A model generated the notes under the pieces. That model was not told the DNA's origin. It saw nothing but the letters and a program-made list of their open reading frames with translations, and ran no database searches. Shown one piece after another: positions 59,559 through 64,000 of a DNA stretch of 64,000 bases. The position numbers and the translations under genes were made by a program. Each line of letters begins with the position of its first letter. Position 1 is the first letter of the stretch. Source of the DNA: Polaromonas sp. (GTDB taxonomy: Bacteria > Pseudomonadota > Gammaproteobacteria > Burkholderiales > Burkholderiaceae_C); the NCBI GenBank assembly GCA_043728315.1, contig JAYTMT010000002.1, positions 17,138-81,137 on the forward strand. The letters run 5' to 3'.

Positions 59559-60785
59559 GTGCATTCGACAAAATTTAAACGACCAGCCAAGCGCTGGCTA
59601 CTTGCGGCGATTGTAGGCCTGCTTGCTGCTTGTGGCACTGCACCACCCCGCATGGCCGACACAGCGCCTCAGTCTGCGCCTGCTTCACCGGCAGCATCTA
59701 CAACGCCCGCAGCTGGCTCATCCCCCGCTGTAGCAGCGCCAGCGCCGCCAGCGGTAGCCTTGCCAGCTGGCAGCCCAATGCCCAGCACTGAAGCGGGCAC
59801 ACTCACGCAGCCCAAAAGCCGCTGGGTGGCGGTGCAGTGGTCTGAGCTGCCCGGTTTTAACGACGACGCGCTGCATGAGGCGTGGAATGCGTGGATCAAG
59901 AGCTGCGAGCGCCCACACCCCAAGTTTGCGCCACTGTGCCCCGAAATTCGCCGCTTGAGCATTGCAGCGGGCGACGAGCAGCGCGCTTGGATGGGCCAAC
60001 GCCTGCAGCCCTACCGCGTGGAAGCGCTCGATGGCAAAACCGAGGGCATGCTCACGGGTTACTACGAGCCCATGCTGCCCGCCGCCCGCCAAGCAGGCAA
60101 TGGCTACGCCGTGCCCCTGTATAGCCTGCCTGCCATGGCCAAGCGCCCGTGGTATACCCGCCAAGAGATGGACACCGCTCCGCAGGCGCTTGCCGCCTTG
60201 CAAGGCAAGGCCATTGCCTACTTAGCTGACCCCGTGGACGCACTGGTACTGCACATCCAAGGCTCGGGCCGCTTGCGCGTGACCGAGGCCGACGGCAGCC
60301 AGCGCACGGTGCGGGTGGCCTTTGCGGGCACGAATGAGCAGCCTTACAAATCGGTGGGACGTTGGCTCTTGGATGCAGGAGAGATCAAAGATGCCAGCTG
60401 GCCGGGTATCAAAGCATGGGTACAGCGCAACCCGCAGCGCGTGCAAGAAATGCTGTGGAGCAACCCGCGCGTGACGTTTTTTAAGGAAGAGCCGCTGCCA
60501 GACATGGATTCGAGCCTGGGCCCCAAGGGCGCGCAGGGCGTGCCGCTCACGCCCGGGCGCTCTATAGCGGTAGACCGCCAGAGCATTCCGTATGGCACAC
60601 CGGTGTGGATGCAGTCCAAAGGCGAGGCCGTGGACGTGCAAAAACTGGTGATGGCGCAAGACACGGGCAGCGCTATTTTGGGCGCGGTGCGGGCCGATTA
60701 TTTTGTCGGATGGGGGTCTGAAGCGGGGGACGTGGCGGGTCGATTAAAGCAAGCGCTCAAGCTGTGGGTGCTGTGGCCTAAATAA
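59559..60785 (+). CDS. mltA: membrane-bound lytic murein transglycosylase A
   Basis: GTG 59559 has an RBS (aagaaggg) and gives the lipoprotein signal KRWLLAAIVGLLAAC-G. MltA/3D-domain blocks are GYYEP, LVLHIQGSGRL, FFKE and AVDRQSIPYGTPVWM. The track ORF begins at 59331. Confidence 0.85.
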   Translation: MHSTKFKRPAKRWLLAAIVGLLAACGTAPPRMADTAPQSAPASPAASTTPAAGSSPAVAAPAPPAVALPAGSPMPSTEAGTLTQPKSRWVAVQWSELPGFNDDALHEAWNAWIKSCERPHPKFAPLCPEIRRLSIAAGDEQRAWMGQRLQPYRVEALDGKTEGMLTGYYEPMLPAARQAGNGYAVPLYSLPAMAKRPWYTRQEMDTAPQALAALQGKAIAYLADPVDALVLHIQGSGRLRVTEADGSQRTVRVAFAGTNEQPYKSVGRWLLDAGEIKDASWPGIKAWVQRNPQRVQEMLWSNPRVTFFKEEPLPDMDSSLGPKGAQGVPLTPGRSIAVDRQSIPYGTPVWMQSKGEAVDVQKLVMAQDTGSAILGAVRADYFVGWGSEAGDVAGRLKQALKLWVLWPK

Positions 60786-60804
60786 GTTTTGAAAAGGAGA
60801 ATTT

Positions 60805-61164
60805 ATGAAAAAACAAGGCAATGTCAGCGTCATATGGCCATATACCGCTATATTAATTATAGTATTGACAGGGCTTGTAGCTTGCGCTGCACCAGAGCCT
60901 AGCGGCCTAGCCAAGGCCAGTTTGCCCTTTTACCGCTGCGAACACGGCATCGCCTTCACTGCCAAATTTGATGGCGATGCGGTAACTCTGGATTCAAGCC
61001 GTGGCTACGACCTATTGTTTGCCCGCAGCAAGGCCGAACAAGACAAACAGGAATACAGCAATCCGCGCATGAGCGCCAGCTTTGGCCTAGGCAGCAGCGG
61101 GCGCGAGGCGCAGTTGCGCTACCCCTTATTGCCATTGATTGCGCGTTGCGTGCGGGATAATTAG
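60805..61164 (+). CDS. small lipoprotein, MliC-like (tentative)
   Basis: Lipobox LTGLVAC, 119 aa, Cys near both ends of the mature part, and adjacent to mltA. The signal peptide is encoded by repeat copy H. Confidence 0.55.
   Translation: MKKQGNVSVIWPYTAILIIVLTGLVACAAPEPSGLAKASLPFYRCEHGIAFTAKFDGDAVTLDSSRGYDLLFARSKAEQDKQEYSNPRMSASFGLGSSGREAQLRYPLLPLIARCVRDN
60820..60864 (+). repeat. dispersed repeat core, copy H
   Basis: aatgtcagcgtcatatggccatataccgctatattaattatagta, with left flank aatttatgaaaaaacaaggc. Confidence 0.85.
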
Positions 61165-61322
61165 AAAAACTGCGTATTTTCAAAGCCGATAGGTAATAAA
61201 GGCAGGAAAAATCCGAATTGCAGCAATATCGTTTCTAAAAGCTGTGATTTCAAACCCATAAAAGAAAACACCTTTTGCCAGAACCCGCATACACTGATGC
61301 ATCTTTTTAGAGAGCACAGTCT

Positions 61323-64000
61323 ATGAACGCCCCACTGCCCGAGCACATCCGCAAAGCCCTAGAAACCGTCACGCTGGATGACAAATACTCTCTAGACTAC
61401 GGGCGCGCCTTCATGAGCGGCGTGCAGGCCTTGGTCAAGCTGCCCATGCTGCAGCGCCTGCGCGACCAGCAGCTGGGCAAAAACACGGCGGGCTTTATCA
61501 GCGGCTACCGCGGCTCGCCGCTGGGCGGCTATGACCAAGCCCTGTGGGCGGCCAAAAAGCACCTCGAAGCGCGCCATGTGGTGTTTCAGCCCGGGGTGAA
61601 TGAAGAGCTGGCAGCAACGGCTATTTGGGGCACGCAACAGCTGGGCTTTGCGCCTGCGGGCAGCAATAAATACGACGGTGTGTTTGGTATTTGGTATGGC
61701 AAAGGCCCGGGCGTGGACCGCACCAGCGATGTCTTCAAACACGCCAACATGGCGGGCACCACCGCATGGGGCGGCGTGATCGCCGTGGCGGGGGACGACC
61801 ACGTTGCCAAAAGCTCCACCGCAGCCCACCAAAGCGACCATATTTTCAAAGCCTGCGGCCTGCCGGTATTTTTTCCGGCCAGCGTGCAAGAGATTTTGGA
61901 TTTGGGCATCCACGCCTTTGCCATGAGCCGCTATGCAGGTGTGTGGGCAGGTATGAAGACGATTCAAGAGATTGTCGAGAGCAGCGCCACGGCCATGATT
62001 GACCCCGACCGCGTGCAGATTGTGATGCCCACAGACTTTGCCATGCCCCCAAGCGGTGTACACATCCGCTGGCCTGATGCCGCGCTGGACCAAGAAAAGC
62101 GCTTGTTTGACACCAAATGGTATGCCGCGCTGGCCTATATCCGCGCTAATCGCTTGAATTACAACGCCATCGAAGGTAAAAACGACCGCTTCGGCCTGAT
62201 AGCCAGCGGCAAAGCCTACAACGACACCCGCCAAGCCCTACTGGATTTGGGGCTAGACGACGACACTTGCCACCGCGTGGGCATCCGGTTGCACAAAGTG
62301 GGTGTGGTGTGGCCGCTAGAAGCCCAGCTCACGCGCGAGTTCGCCACTGGGTTACAGGAAATTTTGGTGGTGGAAGAAAAGCGCCAAGTGATTGAATACC
62401 AGCTCAAAGAAGAGCTGTACAACTGGCGCAGCGATGTGCGGCCAACGATAGTGGGCAAGTTTGACGACTCGACCACCGAGGGCTATTTAGGTGGCGAGTG
62501 GAGCATGCCCAACCCGAGCGCCAGCACCCTGCTGCGGGCGAACGCAGATTTGTCGCCCGCCCTGATTGCCCAAGCGATTGCCAAGCGCCTGATGAAGCTG
62601 GGTGTGGATGCGGACACAGCCGCACGCATGAAGCACAGGCTTGATGTGATTGAAGCCAAAGAGCGCGCCATGCAAGTGATTGAGGTGGCCAGCAAAAACG
62701 GCACGGGCGTAGATGCCGAGCGCCAGCCTTGGTTTTGCTCGGGCTGCCCGCACAACACCAGCACCAAAGTGCCCGAGGGCTCGCGCGCTATGGCGGGCAT
62801 TGGCTGCCATTTCATGAGCATTTGGATGGACCGCAGCACCGTGGGATTCACCCAAATGGGCGGCGAAGGCGTACCTTGGGTGGGCCAGCAGCCCTTTAGC
62901 CACGACCAGCACATGTTTGCCAATCTGGGTGACGGCACCTATTTTCACAGCGGCCTGCTGGCGGTACGCCAAAGTGTGGTAGCAGGGGTGAACATTACCT
63001 ACAAAATACTTTACAACGATGCTGTGGCCATGACTGGTGGCCAGCAAATTGGCGAGCGCGCCGAAGGCCACAGCGTGCTACAAATTGCCAACAGCATGCG
63101 CGCCGAGGGCGCACAGCGCATCGTGGTGGTGACCGATGAACCCGAGAAATACGACGGATTTAGCAGTGCCGTGGGCGAGGCGCTGGCGCTGCCCACGGGC
63201 GTGCAAGTGTTCCACCGCGACGAGCTCGACCGCATCCAACGCGAGATGCGTGAGATCAAGGGCACAACCGTCATCATTTATGACCAAACCTGCGCCACCG
63301 AGAAACGCCGGCGCAGAAAGCGCGGCAAAATGCTTGACCCAGCCATCCGCGTGGTGATCAATGAGCTGGTCTGCGAGGGCTGCGGCGACTGCGGCGTGCA
63401 GTCTAACTGCATGAGCGTTGAGCCGCTAGAGACCGAGTTTGGCCGCAAACGCCAAATCAACCAAAGCACTTGTAACAAAGACATCAGCTGTGTGAAAGGC
63501 TTTTGCCCTAGCTTTGTCACGGTGGAAGGCGGCAGTTTCAAAAAGAAAAGCAAATCTGCTGCGCCCTCAAGTCCAATTTCAAGCCCAACCTTGAACCCAA
63601 CATCGAGCGCAGCGCAGAGCGCGTTGACTGCACCTTTTGACGTGACCCTGCCAGAGCCAGAGTTGCCCAGTATCGCCCACCCTTGGGGCATCATCGTAGC
63701 CGGTGTGGGCGGCACGGGCATCATCACCATTGGCCAGCTTTTGGGCATGGCCGCCCACATGGAGGGCAAGGGCATCGTCACGCAAGACGCGGCAGGCTTG
63801 GCGCAAAAAGGCGGGGCCACGTGGAGCCATGTGCTGATTGGGGAGAGCCAAGACGCCATCCGCACCACGCGGGTGAGCATGGCGCAGGCCGATTTAATTG
63901 TGGGTTGCGACCCGATTGTGGCAGCGGGCAAAGAAACCCTGCTGCGCATGCAGCCGGGTAAAACCCATGTGGCGCTCAACGCCCACAGCACGCCCACGGC
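61323..64000 (+). CDS. indolepyruvate ferredoxin oxidoreductase family protein (fused alpha/beta), 5' ~892 codons; continues past the window end
   Basis: Own translation from ATG 61323: MNAPLPEHIRKALETVTLDDKYSLDYGRAFMSGVQALVKLPMLQR...GFISGYRGSPLGG. A 4Fe-4S motif CEGCGDCGVQSNC lies at ~63372-63410. It is absent from the track because it has no in-window stop. Confidence 0.85.
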   Translation, partial: MNAPLPEHIRKALETVTLDDKYSLDYGRAFMSGVQALVKLPMLQRLRDQQLGKNTAGFISGYRGSPLGGYDQALWAAKKHLEARHVVFQPGVNEELAATAIWGTQQLGFAPAGSNKYDGVFGIWYGKGPGVDRTSDVFKHANMAGTTAWGGVIAVAGDDHVAKSSTAAHQSDHIFKACGLPVFFPASVQEILDLGIHAFAMSRYAGVWAGMKTIQEIVESSATAMIDPDRVQIVMPTDFAMPPSGVHIRWPDAALDQEKRLFDTKWYAALAYIRANRLNYNAIEGKNDRFGLIASGKAYNDTRQALLDLGLDDDTCHRVGIRLHKVGVVWPLEAQLTREFATGLQEILVVEEKRQVIEYQLKEELYNWRSDVRPTIVGKFDDSTTEGYLGGEWSMPNPSASTLLRANADLSPALIAQAIAKRLMKLGVDADTAARMKHRLDVIEAKERAMQVIEVASKNGTGVDAERQPWFCSGCPHNTSTKVPEGSRAMAGIGCHFMSIWMDRSTVGFTQMGGEGVPWVGQQPFSHDQHMFANLGDGTYFHSGLLAVRQSVVAGVNITYKILYNDAVAMTGGQQIGERAEGHSVLQIANSMRAEGAQRIVVVTDEPEKYDGFSSAVGEALALPTGVQVFHRDELDRIQREMREIKGTTVIIYDQTCATEKRRRRKRGKMLDPAIRVVINELVCEGCGDCGVQSNCMSVEPLETEFGRKRQINQSTCNKDISCVKGFCPSFVTVEGGSFKKKSKSAAPSSPISSPTLNPTSSAAQSALTAPFDVTLPEPELPSIAHPWGIIVAGVGGTGIITIGQLLGMAAHMEGKGIVTQDAAGLAQKGGATWSHVLIGESQDAIRTTRVSMAQADLIVGCDPIVAAGKETLLRMQPGKTHVALNAHSTPT

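Noticed and set aside
61392-63997. Minus-strand ORFs 61392..62234, 62487..63071 and 63278..63997
   Set aside because: All are antisense or off-frame to the open plus-strand frame from ATG 61323. That frame carries clear indolepyruvate:ferredoxin oxidoreductase motifs and is missing from the track only because it has no in-window stop.

Overview
High-GC (by eye above 60% G+C) chromosomal segment that looks betaproteobacterial, probably Burkholderiales/Comamonadaceae-like; this is inferred from protein motifs and synteny, with no search run. Backbone genes, in order: modA; GTP-PEPCK (pckG); a LysR regulator; an MCE/MlaD cluster; flotillin plus SRPBCC genes; an ~11.6 kb minus-strand uptake/catabolic operon with a divergent TetR; an EamA transporter; dat-ybeD-lipB-lipA; a complete atpIBEFHAGDC operon; a cNMP-binding protein plus a FixJ/LuxR response regulator; mltA plus an MliC-like lipoprotein; and the 5' part of a fused indolepyruvate:ferredoxin oxidoreductase-family gene. 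The catabolic operon encodes an FAH-family hydrolase, an alpha/beta hydrolase, two amidohydrolases, a LivHMGF-type ABC importer whose LivF-like ATPase is fused to a UPF0261/Tm-1-like domain, and a PEP-hydrolase-like protein. No rRNA, tRNA or CRISPR array was seen. Unusual content: (1) My top candidate for an undescribed system is the 29.6-38.7 kb locus. It encodes an OmpA-like protein, three signal-peptide-bearing caspase-family (C14) proteases with intact His/Cys contexts, a CHASE2 membrane sensor with no recognisable output domain, and a caspase gene remnant. (2) A dispersed ~45-70 bp repeat family has 9 copies. Two copies sit inside ~240-265 bp hairpin (MITE-like) elements, others lie immediately upstream of gene starts, and several are inserted in frame in housekeeping genes (lipB, dat) or supply the N-terminus of exported proteins. 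(3) Two AT-rich islets (1-1130 and ~4900-6560) carry orphan genes. (4) There are TA-like or conflict-type singletons: a DUF4160/DUF2442 pair, a GSU2403-like nucleotidyltransferase-fold gene with a perfect palindrome, and an HTH-HipA (YjjJ-like) kinase next to a SWIM-SNF2 helicase. (5) An MBL-fold hydrolase is broken by a single in-frame TAG. All functional calls rest on motif recognition by eye and should be confirmed by HMM or BLAST searches.
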